This document shows positions 1 to 9,144 of a stretch of 64,000 nt of DNA, piece by piece. Within the stretch, counting starts at the first letter, position 1; the number at the start of each line of letters is the position of its first letter. The stretch is from IMG/VR virus record IMGVR_UViG_3300009378_001140, one strand, 5' to 3'. Made by a program: the position numbers and the translations under genes. The DNA comes from an uncultured virus (IMG/VR IMGVR_UViG_3300009378_001140). Lineage: Duplodnaviria; Heunggongvirae; Uroviricota; Caudoviricetes. The notes beneath the pieces are model-generated. The model searched no databases and was not told where the DNA came from. It saw only the letters and a list, made by a program, of their open reading frames with translations.

Positions 1-23
1 CATCGGCTGTTAGCTTAACTCAC

Positions 24-257
24 TCAAGTTTCATCTTTTACCTCGTTTAGAAATTCTTCGCTGATCACGTCGATATTTCCATTGATCAATACCTTGTATA
101 ACGGGTTGTGCGGGTATGTGTTATAAGGTTCACTATAGTGTCCCAGGACTAGAATGACCATTCCATCCCAAGGGTTCGGCTGACAAATATCATCATACAC
201 AACGAGATCACCACTGTTCAACATCAGTTTCCTCCTTTTTGCACCGCTCCGTGTCAA
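24..257 (-). CDS. small KOW/SH3-like hypothetical protein (xxGDLV family)
   Basis: MLNSGDLVVY start motif; the true start is probably the internal Met. Confidence 0.6.
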   Translation of the reverse strand: MTRSGAKRRKLMLNSGDLVVYDDICQPNPWDGMVILVLGHYSEPYNTYPHNPLYKVLINGNIDVISEEFLNEVKDET

Positions 258-444
258 AGAAATCCCTCATCATCCCATCAGCGCACATCACACTGTAGAG
301 CGGTGAGTAATCAGTTCGATACGCCTCACCGACTTCGATGACGATACCGAAGTATATGGGAGAGTGATCCTCGTAAACTGTTGTACAATCCTTGAAGTAA
401 CTCATATCACCTGGCTTAAGTTCACTACTCATCATCTCACTCAC
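208..444 (-). CDS. small KOW/SH3-like hypothetical protein
   Basis: LKPGDMSYF...GIVIEV; overlaps neighbouring genes. Confidence 0.6.
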   Translation of the reverse strand: MSEMMSSELKPGDMSYFKDCTTVYEDHSPIYFGIVIEVGEAYRTDYSPLYSVMCADGMMRDFFDTERCKKEETDVEQW

Positions 445-659
445 TCTGGGATAGTTAGATAAAATGAGTGGTACAAGGTGATGATCGCATCGAACTCCTC
501 TGATGTGAGAGAGATGTGTTTATCACCATTGCATGACACGGTGATGTCATGCCCCTCGCCGTTGGCCCACTCAACTAGCGTGACGAAGGCGTTCTTATCG
601 CCGAAAGTACTCTTGAAGAAGAGCGTTTTGCTCTTTACATTCTGTGTTTCAATCTTCAT
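441..659 (-). CDS. hypothetical phage protein
   Basis: ORF within the coupled minus-strand run; EWANGEGHDI segment; GAGGTG RBS. Confidence 0.6.
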   Translation of the reverse strand: MKIETQNVKSKTLFFKSTFGDKNAFVTLVEWANGEGHDITVSCNGDKHISLTSEEFDAIITLYHSFYLTIPE

Positions 660-906
660 CTATCACCTCATTCTTAACAATTGGCACGGGTAGATATCGT
701 GGGTCGATAGCATCCCATGTGTACCAGGTATTATCCCTCTTCCCGTCACACCACATCACATGGTATCTCATTCCTCCGTACTCATGATCATATCTCTCAT
801 CAACGATGATACCGTGCAGCCAGTTGAGCGGGTTACCGGCACTATCACCCATGCCAGGATCCCAGATCGCGCAGAGTGAACCGATCTTGTATAGATCATC
901 ATTCAT
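649..906 (-). CDS. small KOW/SH3-like hypothetical protein
   Basis: YKIGSLCAI...GIIVD...YHVMW. Confidence 0.6.
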   Translation of the reverse strand: MNDDLYKIGSLCAIWDPGMGDSAGNPLNWLHGIIVDERYDHEYGGMRYHVMWCDGKRDNTWYTWDAIDPRYLPVPIVKNEVIDED

Positions 907-1133
907 GTTACCACCTGGAGCGCAGTTTCTGCAATGCGTTCCATTAACTTATCGTTTGCCCAGAGAACACTAATGTGACGACCAAACACCTTCTTTGCCC
1001 ACGCTGAAGCGTAGATCTCTGAGCTATTTTCATTGTCACGATCTTGGATGTCGACAATTACGCCGAGCTGATCACTCACGCTCTTTCCTCTGACCATCAC
1101 TCCGCGCTGCTTGACAATGTCACCGATCTTCAT
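903..1133 (-). CDS. small KOW/SH3-like hypothetical protein
   Basis: Start reassigned to MKIGDIVKQ (ATG at 1133), downstream of the promoter at 1152-1180. Confidence 0.65.
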   Translation of the reverse strand: MKIGDIVKQRGVMVRGKSVSDQLGVIVDIQDRDNENSSEIYASAWAKKVFGRHISVLWANDKLMERIAETALQVVT

Positions 1134-1151
1134 AGCATTATCTCTCTTTTT

Positions 1152-1180
1152 ATTATATCCTGCGACTGGGTCGTTTACAC
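1152..1180 (-). promoter_or_regulatory. sigma70-like promoter GTGTAA-N17-TATAAT
   Basis: Minus strand GTGTAA-17 nt-TATAAT; the same motif recurs across the window. Confidence 0.75.
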
Positions 1181-1378
1181 GTGCTGATCCATCACCTCCC
1201 ACAAACCTTCGTGTGTGCGCATTTGATCATTGTACCTCTCCTCCTCTTCATTGTACACATGTGGGTAGAGTTCAAAGTACACTGTGTCATCGAGTTTCTT
1301 CTTGACATCTGACCAATCGAGGCGCCGGATGACGAGAAGATGTTTGTCCTCTATGAAATCACCCGCCATGATCATCAC
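1175..1378 (-). CDS. hypothetical protein
   Basis: 67-aa ORF coupled to the upstream gene by an ATGA overlap. Confidence 0.5.
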   Translation of the reverse strand: MMIMAGDFIEDKHLLVIRRLDWSDVKKKLDDTVYFELYPHVYNEEEERYNDQMRTHEGLWEVMDQHV

Positions 1379-2097
1379 TCAACCTTCTGAAGGAAATCAA
1401 TATTATTCGCCGGGATGTTGAAGATCTCTCCGTTAGAGAACATAGAAACAGTGTGTGGCCAGAGATTCCCTTCAACTGTGACGATGTCAATGATCATCGC
1501 TGTGTTATTACCCCACTTGCACAGATCTCCAGTTCGGAACTCCTCACCATCACTTGTCATAACTGTTCTCTCATCTTTCATCACTGGCATATCTAACTTT
1601 CCTATCGCGTGTTTCATCTCGAGGATCACGTCCTGCATGCGGATATCCACGTCAAACACAGCGTTGTCAATGAAGATCAGGTCATGCTCCAGACCCCTCC
1701 CGACCCCCTTAACATCTGATGTGATGTAACACACATCATGGGTATCACTTGTCTCCGTGTCGCGCATCATGATTACACCGCGAGCGTACATGAACATCAG
1801 CGTGTCGCTTACCTGGTTCAGCCAATCTGTCATTTTGGTCGCAACGTCCTGGACGCTTCCACCGTTGTGACAGATGATGACGGGAATCTTCTGGTCGACC
1901 TTGATCGCCTTCATCGCCTTGAGGATCATCAGCGTGGTTCGACCGGTCTGGCGTAGTCCAGCGCTGTCAAGAGAACCAGATCGCTGATTCAATCTGAGCA
2001 TGTCGTTGAACCACTCACGAGGCGGGGATAGCGATGTGACCTGACCCCTGTTGTGCGTGTTGATCCTGTCCCAGCCGATTCCATCGATACACCTCAT
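1375..2097 (-). CDS. P-loop-like protein with a C-terminal KOW-like module
   Basis: RQTGRTT Walker-A-like and LIFID Walker-B-like segments, then FRTGDLCKW; start reassigned to the ATGA overlap at 2097. Confidence 0.5.
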   Translation of the reverse strand: MRCIDGIGWDRINTHNRGQVTSLSPPREWFNDMLRLNQRSGSLDSAGLRQTGRTTLMILKAMKAIKVDQKIPVIICHNGGSVQDVATKMTDWLNQVSDTLMFMYARGVIMMRDTETSDTHDVCYITSDVKGVGRGLEHDLIFIDNAVFDVDIRMQDVILEMKHAIGKLDMPVMKDERTVMTSDGEEFRTGDLCKWGNNTAMIIDIVTVEGNLWPHTVSMFSNGEIFNIPANNIDFLQKVE

Positions 2098-2447
2098 GAT
2101 GCTCTCACCATTGTCTGTTGCTGACGATCTCTTTGCAGTATCTCTTTGAGAGTTTTCTCTCTCCACGCTGTTGTGCTCGGCGACTCCCAGTGACCCCAGG
2201 GGAAACCCAGGACATCCCAACCCTTGTTTGTCAGCGTTAGCTCCCAATTTGACGTTTGTTTCACCCACTTCCGTTTCATGATCACCTCAAGGGTGTTTTT
2301 CTTTATCACCCGCTGCGGGTTCTCATGCCTGTGACACAACACGCGGTCAGATCCTGCGAACCAGAACCCACCTAGAGCTATTCGGGTCAACGCCTGACGC
2401 TGGACATCTGTCACCCTTCTCTCACTCATGATCTCACCCCTTGACAC
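2094..2447 (-). CDS. hypothetical protein (possible winged helix)
   Basis: ORF coupled to rtcB; C-terminal LTNKGW is typical of a wing. Confidence 0.5.
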   Translation of the reverse strand: MSRGEIMSERRVTDVQRQALTRIALGGFWFAGSDRVLCHRHENPQRVIKKNTLEVIMKRKWVKQTSNWELTLTNKGWDVLGFPWGHWESPSTTAWREKTLKEILQRDRQQQTMVRAS

Positions 2448-3651
2448 AAACGACAGCGCGGAGTGTATGGAGGACCTCGACCAGATCTGATTGTGCCTTC
2501 ATAACATCCTCGATCGGCTTGTAGCTCATCGGTGTTTCATCGATCACATCCTCATCCTTCCTACACTCCAATCCTTCTGTTGCGCGAGCGTGATCCTCAA
2601 CAGAGAACAGCGCCTTCGCCCTGGTCCGTGACATCGCCCTGCCTGCGCCGTGCGAACAGGAGTTGAACGATTCCTTATCTCCCTTTCCTCTCACAATGAA
2701 TGAGCTACGTCCCATCGCGCCAGGAATGATTCCCAGGTCACCTCGCTGCGCTCTGACCGCGCCCTTTCTTGTCACCCACACGCTCCTTCCGAAGTGTTGT
2801 TCCTTCGCGATGTAGTTGTGGTGACAGTTAACGACGAAATCACCGTGGGAGAACTCTCGTCGAAGCGCCCATGAGATCGAGTCAAGAGCACGATCCATCA
2901 TCAGCTCACGGTTCACCTTCGCGAATCGCTGGGCCCAGTTGACCGCCTGAACATAATCCTTGAAGTGCGGTGACCCCTGTGGGATGTACGCGAGATCCTT
3001 GTCAGGCAGGTTGATGAACCAGCGCTCCATATCCTTCTTTGCCAGTGAGATGAAGTGGGTTCCGATACGGTTCCCAACACCTCGTGAACCTGAGTGGAGC
3101 ATGACCCAAACAGAATCGCCCTCATCGACACACACCTCTATGAAGTGGTTACCTGAACCCAGGCTAGACAGGTGTCGCACGTTATTCGACTTCGCGAGGC
3201 GCGGGTGTTTATCGCAGATCACATCGAAATCATCCTTGAGGGTGTTCCACTTACGTGCGACGTCGTCAGGGATATCTCTCCACGCACCCTCGTCACGTGA
3301 ACCTCCGTGGTGGGTCCTGCCATGCGGGATCATCCGTTCAATCCGAGAGCGCACCTTCTGCATGTTGTCAGGCAAGTCGCTCGCTGTCAGAGATGTGCGA
3401 ACTGCCATCATCCCACATCCCAAGTCGACGCCGACAGCGGCGGGAACGATCGCGTTAAGTGTGGGAATGACACTCCCGACGCAGGCGCCTTTCCCCATGT
3501 GCGCGTCGGGCATCACCGCGATGTGACGATGGATGAACGGCAGGGATGACAACCTTCTCAGCTGATCCCTGGCCTGATCCTCAACGTGAACTCCCCTGGT
3601 CCACATCTTAACCAGACCAGGGGAGTTATCTAGCACATCGTAGCTTGACAT
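2434..3651 (-). CDS. rtcB: RtcB-family RNA ligase
   Basis: MPDAHMGKG, VGVDLGCG, GSGNHF, HSGSRG, HN and HGAGR motifs. Confidence 0.97.
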   Translation of the reverse strand: MSSYDVLDNSPGLVKMWTRGVHVEDQARDQLRRLSSLPFIHRHIAVMPDAHMGKGACVGSVIPTLNAIVPAAVGVDLGCGMMAVRTSLTASDLPDNMQKVRSRIERMIPHGRTHHGGSRDEGAWRDIPDDVARKWNTLKDDFDVICDKHPRLAKSNNVRHLSSLGSGNHFIEVCVDEGDSVWVMLHSGSRGVGNRIGTHFISLAKKDMERWFINLPDKDLAYIPQGSPHFKDYVQAVNWAQRFAKVNRELMMDRALDSISWALRREFSHGDFVVNCHHNYIAKEQHFGRSVWVTRKGAVRAQRGDLGIIPGAMGRSSFIVRGKGDKESFNSCSHGAGRAMSRTRAKALFSVEDHARATEGLECRKDEDVIDETPMSYKPIEDVMKAQSDLVEVLHTLRAVVCVKG

Positions 3652-3671
3652 GACGCGTTTCCTTTTTATCT

Positions 3672-3700
3672 ATTATACCCTGCCCGTGATCCATTTACAC
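3672..3700 (-). promoter_or_regulatory. sigma70-like promoter upstream of rtcB
   Basis: GTGTAA-17 nt-TATAAT. Confidence 0.75.
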
Positions 3701-3737
3701 GCGACATTATGACAATTGAGGAAAACGCGTGATCACG

Positions 3738-4244
3738 CTACCAGCGATACATGAGCGCCGTGTTCGGCAAGGGCATGATGCCGAACCCGTCAGAACCGTA
3801 TCTGAATCCGAGGGGTAGCTCGAACCTGAATAGCATGTTGTCCCAGAACGTGACTTGCATCCCGACACCTGGACCTGTCACCGCGCCCCAACCCTCATCG
3901 GTCGTTTCCTCGCAGTCGTCAGATTTCGTGTCCTCGTTCCACACGCACTCCTCATACGTGTCACGCCAGAACCCACCGGCGAGGCCAAGCGAGCCGTATA
4001 GCCCGACCTTTCCGTTCTCGTGGAAGTTTCTCTTTAGGTTCACCCCACCAAAAACTCGACCGCCATCGCTCTCGTCCCATACCGGTAATCCGGTTATCTG
4101 GTAACCCCACACGTCATTGTCATGTGAATATGATAGGCCGATACCATAGGTCCCACCCGCTGCAAATCCTAAGCTATTTGTCGTTTCCGCGTTAGCGGGT
4201 GTCACTAGAAGTAATCCAGCGAGAATTGTTATCATCTTAATCAT
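3738..4244 (-). CDS. putative outer-membrane beta-barrel protein
   Basis: Signal peptide ending ANA, alternating Gly/aromatic strands, C-terminal YRW. Confidence 0.7.
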   Translation of the reverse strand: MIKMITILAGLLLVTPANAETTNSLGFAAGGTYGIGLSYSHDNDVWGYQITGLPVWDESDGGRVFGGVNLKRNFHENGKVGLYGSLGLAGGFWRDTYEECVWNEDTKSDDCEETTDEGWGAVTGPGVGMQVTFWDNMLFRFELPLGFRYGSDGFGIMPLPNTALMYRW

Positions 4245-4277
4245 TCGTGTTCTCCTTATGAACGATCCTCACATTAT

Positions 4278-4535
4278 CTACAGCGCGGGTATCAGCGTAA
4301 AACAATCTGTGTGTAACCACTTCAGCTCGCCCTCGAATAGCACCTCGTGGTGCCAGTGGGTGATCGCGTTACCTTTCATGTCGAACATCCTGGAGTGAAG
4401 AACGTATCGTGAGTTTATCTCGATCAGATTGACACCTCGGTCGACAGGCTTAAACGTGTCGATGAACATCGCGACGCCTATGTCGTCACCATCCTGATCA
4501 ATGATGCGAACCAGGTCACCCTCCTCTCTCATCAT
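4278..4535 (-). CDS. small KOW/SH3-like hypothetical protein
   Basis: REEGDLVRI. Confidence 0.6.
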   Translation of the reverse strand: MMREEGDLVRIIDQDGDDIGVAMFIDTFKPVDRGVNLIEINSRYVLHSRMFDMKGNAITHWHHEVLFEGELKWLHTDCFTLIPAL

Positions 4536-4765
4536 ATCACCTCAAGAAAGCGCTCATTGTAGTTATACATCTCTCCGTTGTCAGCGAGGACAAGCCAGGT
4601 GTCGACGTAGATGATCTCACGCAACGCAATATTCTCTCTTATCTCTGATATGTTCTTGTACTCTGGGATCACATCTCCCGGGCGGAACTCTATGATCATG
4701 CAGATGCGACCGCTGTTATTATCGTTGGGTAGCCCGCTCACCCTGACTAGATCACCGGGTTTCAT
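4532..4765 (-). CDS. small KOW/SH3-like hypothetical protein
   Basis: MKPGDLVRV...FLEVI. Confidence 0.65.
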   Translation of the reverse strand: MKPGDLVRVSGLPNDNNSGRICMIIEFRPGDVIPEYKNISEIRENIALREIIYVDTWLVLADNGEMYNYNERFLEVI

Positions 4766-5030
4766 CGCTCTCGCTCAATATCTCGACGTGATACACATAA
4801 TTTCTCTTTATATCTCCCACCGAGGAGTAGCTGAACACCTGTGACGACTGTGACAGGTCGATCCTTCTTATGTGACCTGTGTCATCCAGGATGTTGACAA
4901 CACCGGGGTCCTCGTCGTCGTCAGTGACCAGGTCAACCACCAGACCCTTGCTCACCTCGGTTCCGCCGCCAGTTCTGTAATCTGTGATCTGTATCACCCT
5001 TATCAGGTCACCGATGTTTATTCTTTCCAC
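4752..5030 (-). CDS. small KOW/SH3-like hypothetical protein
   Basis: INIGDLIRV...VEILS. Confidence 0.6.
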   Translation of the reverse strand: MERINIGDLIRVIQITDYRTGGGTEVSKGLVVDLVTDDDEDPGVVNILDDTGHIRRIDLSQSSQVFSYSSVGDIKRNYVYHVEILSESDETR

Positions 5031-5242
5031 TCTTCGTCCGCGTGTGAGATGACCGTGATGTGTGACCTGTGGAACCTAAGCGTTGCGCCTGTCCCAGGGA
5101 ACATGATTCTAAAGATGTCATCATATCTCTCAGGCGAGATAGATTCGATGATACCCATCCTGTTGCTGGGTATATCATCCTGATGAACGACAATGTCGTT
5201 CAGAACGACATCTGACACCCTGACTAGATCACCTGGTTTCAC
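5018..5242 (-). CDS. small KOW/SH3-like hypothetical protein
   Basis: MKPGDLVRV...ITVIS. Confidence 0.65.
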   Translation of the reverse strand: MKPGDLVRVSDVVLNDIVVHQDDIPSNRMGIIESISPERYDDIFRIMFPGTGATLRFHRSHITVISHADEEWKE

Positions 5243-5568
5243 TCACAGTTCCTCCTTGTTCTTCTCACCAACATCGCACAATCAACTGCAGATTGATACA
5301 GTTCCTGTTTCATCCTGACGACGTCAACCTCGAGGTTGAGGTTTCTCTCAAGTAGCTCGGCGCACTCCTCGTCGACGTCCGGCAGGTTATCAATGATCTG
5401 ACGATGTTCCTCTGACGCCTTCTCCAATCTTGCCCTATAGTCCTGATGTAGCTCGGCGATCGTGTCATCCTTCGCCTGTGACACGAGGAAACCCCAGAGG
5501 ATCGCACCTAGCAACATTCCTGAGAGGTAATCGCTCCACTCGCTGAGGATCTTGAATAGCCTTCTCAT
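5239..5568 (-). CDS. membrane-anchored coiled-coil protein
   Basis: Hydrophobic N-terminal segment followed by a helical heptad region. Confidence 0.55.
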   Translation of the reverse strand: MRRLFKILSEWSDYLSGMLLGAILWGFLVSQAKDDTIAELHQDYRARLEKASEEHRQIIDNLPDVDEECAELLERNLNLEVDVVRMKQELYQSAVDCAMLVRRTRRNCE

Positions 5569-5572
5569 GTTC

Positions 5573-5764
5573 TTATCGTACCTCTAGCGATGACAATGTA
5601 TCTCTTAGGATCCGCATCATTCCGTGTGACATGACGTACTCTGCGTTTCTTATTTTTACCCGAACTCCGAGCGCGCTCTCGTCGATGATGACAACTGTTT
5701 CAGATCCTGTCAATCCCATCTCTAGCAGGCGCTTACGTGCGGATCTGTTGACGCCACTGCGCAT
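5573..5764 (-). CDS. feoA: FeoA-domain protein
   Basis: KRLLEMGL...G.RVKIRNAEY matches the FeoA pattern. Confidence 0.65.
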   Translation of the reverse strand: MRSGVNRSARKRLLEMGLTGSETVVIIDESALGVRVKIRNAEYVMSHGMMRILRDTLSSLEVR

Positions 5765-5942
5765 CGTTGATCCTCCTTACATCCCACCAGATCCTAGCAT
5801 ATGTCAGAACAGATCCGTCGATTAGCACCTCAGGTCCATCGTCAATCTCATCATAACCCATGTACATCCCGACATACATCGGAACCAATTCTGACCGCTC
5901 CATATCCCTTGGGTACACACCAACCAGGTCACCCGCCTTCAT
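5733..5942 (-). CDS. small KOW/SH3-like hypothetical protein
   Basis: MKAGDLVGV...EVLIDG. Confidence 0.6.
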   Translation of the reverse strand: MKAGDLVGVYPRDMERSELVPMYVGMYMGYDEIDDGPEVLIDGSVLTYARIWWDVRRINDAQWRQQIRT

Positions 5943-6208
5943 GAGATCACCTCGCTTGTTTCTCTCACGTAATCCTCATATGCCAGGCCTGACGACCTGT
6001 AATCGCTGTAGAACTCATTTCTCGTGCAGAAGGGAACATCATCATCCTCATCCCAGTACTCGTCATTGAACTCTCCGTATGAGAGAACGTGCTTGTCTGA
6101 GTTACCGTGACAGTGATCACACATGTTCCACGAGTGGCTGATTCTGAACTCCACGTTTCTCTCTGTTCCACAGATCCTGCAATACATGATACCTCCTATG
6201 TGTTTCAT
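5939..6208 (-). CDS. zinc-ribbon hypothetical protein
   Basis: CxxC...CxxC. Confidence 0.55.
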   Translation of the reverse strand: MKHIGGIMYCRICGTERNVEFRISHSWNMCDHCHGNSDKHVLSYGEFNDEYWDEDDDVPFCTRNEFYSDYRSSGLAYEDYVRETSEVIS

Positions 6209-6414
6209 TATACCTTATCCCCAGCAGGGTTACACGAAATAATCCTGTCAGGAACACGGACGATCTCTGTCCTCTCAACCTCGTGGACACCCTCATCACC
6301 GAACGACACGACATACGACGTGACATCATGCCTGACGATCACCTCAACGATGATGCCGAACGGCGGCGGGCGGTCAACCAATCCGATGTACTGAACCAGG
6401 TCACCCTTCGTCAT
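6208..6414 (-). CDS. small KOW/SH3-like hypothetical protein
   Basis: MTKGDLVQY...GIIVEV. Confidence 0.6.
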   Translation of the reverse strand: MTKGDLVQYIGLVDRPPPFGIIVEVIVRHDVTSYVVSFGDEGVHEVERTEIVRVPDRIISCNPAGDKV

Positions 6415-6698
6415 GTTAACAACTCCAATTCATCCTCAAATAATGTGAACAAACCGTTTCTATACGAGACCTCCCAGTAATCACCGTGCCTAACGATGTT
6501 ACTTTCGATTATCTCAATCTCCTTCTCGATGTCAGCGCAAACGATGTTTCCCTCAAAGTTTGACATGGTCATCAGCGTTCTCCTGAAATCCTCGAGGGTG
6601 TATCTATACACGAGGATACCGATGTCATCTCTATTGACACCAGTGGGAGGATGATGAGGGTTGTTACCAACCCACCTGACGGGATCACCCACCTTCAC
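6411..6698 (-). CDS. small KOW/SH3-like hypothetical protein
   Basis: MKVGDPVRW...ELELL. Confidence 0.6.
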   Translation of the reverse strand: MKVGDPVRWVGNNPHHPPTGVNRDDIGILVYRYTLEDFRRTLMTMSNFEGNIVCADIEKEIEIIESNIVRHGDYWEVSYRNGLFTLFEDELELLT

Positions 6699-6906
6699 TG
6701 ATCACCTCAAGATGTTTTATTCCTAAGGTCCAGCACTCAGCACTGTACTCGTCTGAGTATGTCATGATAGTTACCACGGAATTTTCGCCCTTCTCGCTCA
6801 CAAAGATCGAATTGTCACTGTCGATGACAACACCCACCTTGCCCTCGAGGTAGTTAGGAAGGTACATCTCATCGAGAGAGATCATGACAAGATCACCTGA
6901 TTTCAC
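6685..6906 (-). CDS. small KOW/SH3-like hypothetical protein
   Basis: MKSGDLVMI...GKVGVVI...LEVIS. Confidence 0.65.
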   Translation of the reverse strand: MKSGDLVMISLDEMYLPNYLEGKVGVVIDSDNSIFVSEKGENSVVTIMTYSDEYSAECWTLGIKHLEVISEGG

Positions 6907-7631
6907 GATAGATCAACGTCTAGATGTGTGTTAAACATCTGGGCACTTGGCTCATTAGGGTATCCTCTCGGATTACAGATCAGCCTTGTCACTCCGAGAA
7001 CGTCATCGAATCCCGTGTGAGTGTGACCGAAGAACCAGAACGCTGGCTTGCGATCAAGGATGAGATCAGTGTGGTCACAGACAAAGAATCTGTTCAGCAT
7101 GGAGTTCTTCCACTCCCTAGCCACACAGAACTCACTGGGAAGGTGATGCGTGATGACGATGTCACCCTCATCCAGGTTCTCCTCAAGGTGTCGCTGGAAC
7201 GCCTCCTGCTGATCATACACCCAGGGCTTGAATCCGGAGATGTGATTGAAATCACCCAAGTTCCGCTCGTAGTGAATATTTAGCGGGTCATCTCGGAACC
7301 AGCCTGTTGACCCATGGAATGTTCTCCCGTCGATCTCAACTGTGGGATTCTCTGGGTGGAGGTAGTGAAGATTGTTATTCTTGTCACTGGCCGCGGACAG
7401 GATGTCGTGTACCTTATCCGGTGACGACATGTAATACACGTGATTCCCTGGCACATAGATGACCTCGCTGAACCTCTCACAGAATATGTCGAGGGTTCTG
7501 TCAATGTCCAGACACGAGTCGATGTCACCCGCTAGAATGAGAAGATCACAACCGCTGTCAAGCCCGTCAACGAACTCACGTCGATAACCGGTGTGCTCAA
7601 GGTGTAGATCTGATAGGATCCTGACTTTCAC
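6903..7631 (-). CDS. calcineurin-like metallophosphoesterase
   Basis: SDLH, AGD, PGNH, THH, GHTH and NPRGY motifs. Confidence 0.92.
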   Translation of the reverse strand: MKVRILSDLHLEHTGYRREFVDGLDSGCDLLILAGDIDSCLDIDRTLDIFCERFSEVIYVPGNHVYYMSSPDKVHDILSAASDKNNNLHYLHPENPTVEIDGRTFHGSTGWFRDDPLNIHYERNLGDFNHISGFKPWVYDQQEAFQRHLEENLDEGDIVITHHLPSEFCVAREWKNSMLNRFFVCDHTDLILDRKPAFWFFGHTHTGFDDVLGVTRLICNPRGYPNEPSAQMFNTHLDVDLS

Positions 7632-7755
7632 TTTTTATCTCTCCAAAGATAGGTGATTCCATACACTGCTTGACAGGTTTGCAATACATCATGACCAGAA
7701 CAACGCTGACGATGATCAGAACGACAAAACCATCCTCGAGGCGCCTTCTCATCAC

Positions 7756-8079
7756 TCACTCCTCATCTTCTGCTTCATTGCAAGGATCACAAATGCCGCA
7801 ACATGCACAACAGGGTGCGCCGCATCGCTCACACTCACCAGGATCAGAGGTACCATCGCTAAGCTCAAGAATGATGTCACACGGCTCGTTATCATTTAGC
7901 CCGTAGAAGAAACACCCAACGATGTAAGTTGGGCGGCCAACATGGTAGATCACGTGATTCCACCATCGCCAGTCGCCGACTGGCTTATCGAATAGATCCC
8001 ACCACCTGAATGAGAACTCACACAGGACGTAGCCGATCAACTCACAGATCTCGTATCTAGCCTTTGATAACAGTGACAT
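7756..8079 (-). CDS. hypothetical protein with a Cys-rich C-terminus
   Basis: CERCGAPCCACCGICDPC; GGAGG RBS. Confidence 0.55.
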   Translation of the reverse strand: MSLLSKARYEICELIGYVLCEFSFRWWDLFDKPVGDWRWWNHVIYHVGRPTYIVGCFFYGLNDNEPCDIILELSDGTSDPGECERCGAPCCACCGICDPCNEAEDEE

Positions 8080-8090
8080 CTGTCACCTCC

Positions 8091-8471
8091 CTATTTTTCT
8101 ATCTTACCACGCCCTGTGTCATAGTACACGTCGCACATCATCTCTAGCTCCGCACCGATGAGAGCGATCGCCTCTCTCGTCGCGCCTGTCACACCTGAGG
8201 CGTCGAACTCATCCTGCAACATTATCACCTCATCTGTCAGCCACGAAGTTAGCTCATCATCTGTTAGCCGATCTGTCATCTCATGAACGACGCTTGCATA
8301 TCTGTCGTGGACCTCAGAAAATGTAACACGAAACTGATCATCAGAGTCCGCGCAGGCGTTGACAACGTGCGATAGTCGACGTTCCCTGTACTCTGTCAGA
8401 GCCACGCGGATGTTATCGGCATTTCTCACCTGACGCGGTAGGGATGCCTTTCCTCGGTAGAACTCATTCAC
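8091..8471 (-). CDS. hypothetical protein
   Basis: 126-aa coupled ORF. Confidence 0.55.
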   Translation of the reverse strand: MNEFYRGKASLPRQVRNADNIRVALTEYRERRLSHVVNACADSDDQFRVTFSEVHDRYASVVHEMTDRLTDDELTSWLTDEVIMLQDEFDASGVTGATREAIALIGAELEMMCDVYYDTGRGKIEK

Positions 8472-8655
8472 TGATCACCTCGCATTGTGTTAAAGAATAT
8501 GGCTCAATAGGGTTTCCATCCACCAGACATGCTACCCAATCTAAACCTGGGTTAGCATCATCAATATCATCAAATGACGTAAAGAAAACTAATCCAATCT
8601 TATGTCCACAAGGATCAGCAGGGTAGTCAATCTTTACGAGATCACCCTCTTTCAT
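8464..8655 (-). CDS. small KOW/SH3-like hypothetical protein
   Basis: Start reassigned to MKEGDLVKI; ends EVISE. Confidence 0.65.
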   Translation of the reverse strand: MKEGDLVKIDYPADPCGHKIGLVFFTSFDDIDDANPGLDWVACLVDGNPIEPYSLTQCEVISE

Positions 8656-8876
8656 TCTTCCTCCACGATCTTCACCCAGCAATCCTTCACCCACGTCAAC
8701 ATCTTTCCATCGACATCATGATCAGAGCAGAGAACATTAAGATTTCTCGTGCCATGAATGCCAACCCATCTCTCCTCTACAACAACGCCGAAGATGCCGG
8801 TGGAATGCTGGACAGGTGACAGGATCTCAACAAGATCTCCGATCTTGGCCCATGATCCGTGATTGTTCCTGTACAT
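8652..8876 (-). CDS. small KOW/SH3-like hypothetical protein (possibly leaderless)
   Basis: AKIGDLVEI; ATG at 8876 lies just downstream of the -10 box at 8883-8888. Confidence 0.6.
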   Translation of the reverse strand: MYRNNHGSWAKIGDLVEILSPVQHSTGIFGVVVEERWVGIHGTRNLNVLCSDHDVDGKMLTWVKDCWVKIVEEE

Positions 8877-8882
8877 GTTATT

Positions 8883-8911
8883 ATTATATCCTGCCATCGG
8901 TCGGATTACAT
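8883..8911 (-). promoter_or_regulatory. sigma70-like promoter
   Basis: ATGTAA-17 nt-TATAAT; GCAGG precedes the -10 box, as at 1152 and 3672. Confidence 0.7.
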
Positions 8912-8928
8912 GAAAAGTCAGATTGAGC

Positions 8929-9144
8929 TTATTTTACCTTACTTACTGTCCAATATGTGGCATCAACATCCATGACCTTTCCGCCATGCAGGACCTTACA
9001 AGATGTGATGTGCCCACCGTGAGGAAACACGTAAGAATCTCTCGGCTCCTCAACGAGAATTGCAGTATATTCATCGTAACCGCTACCAGTGTCAGGCTCA
9101 GTTAATCTTACGAGATCACCCTCTTTCAGGTCATCGTTACACAT
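8929..9144 (-). CDS. small KOW/SH3-like hypothetical protein
   Basis: LKEGDLVRL. Confidence 0.6.
   Translation of the reverse strand: MCNDDLKEGDLVRLTEPDTGSGYDEYTAILVEEPRDSYVFPHGGHITSCKVLHGGKVMDVDATYWTVSKVK

Noticed and set aside
2098..2268. N-terminal 57 aa of the 297-aa ORF
   Set aside because: It overlaps another gene, and an ATGA-coupled start exists at 2097.
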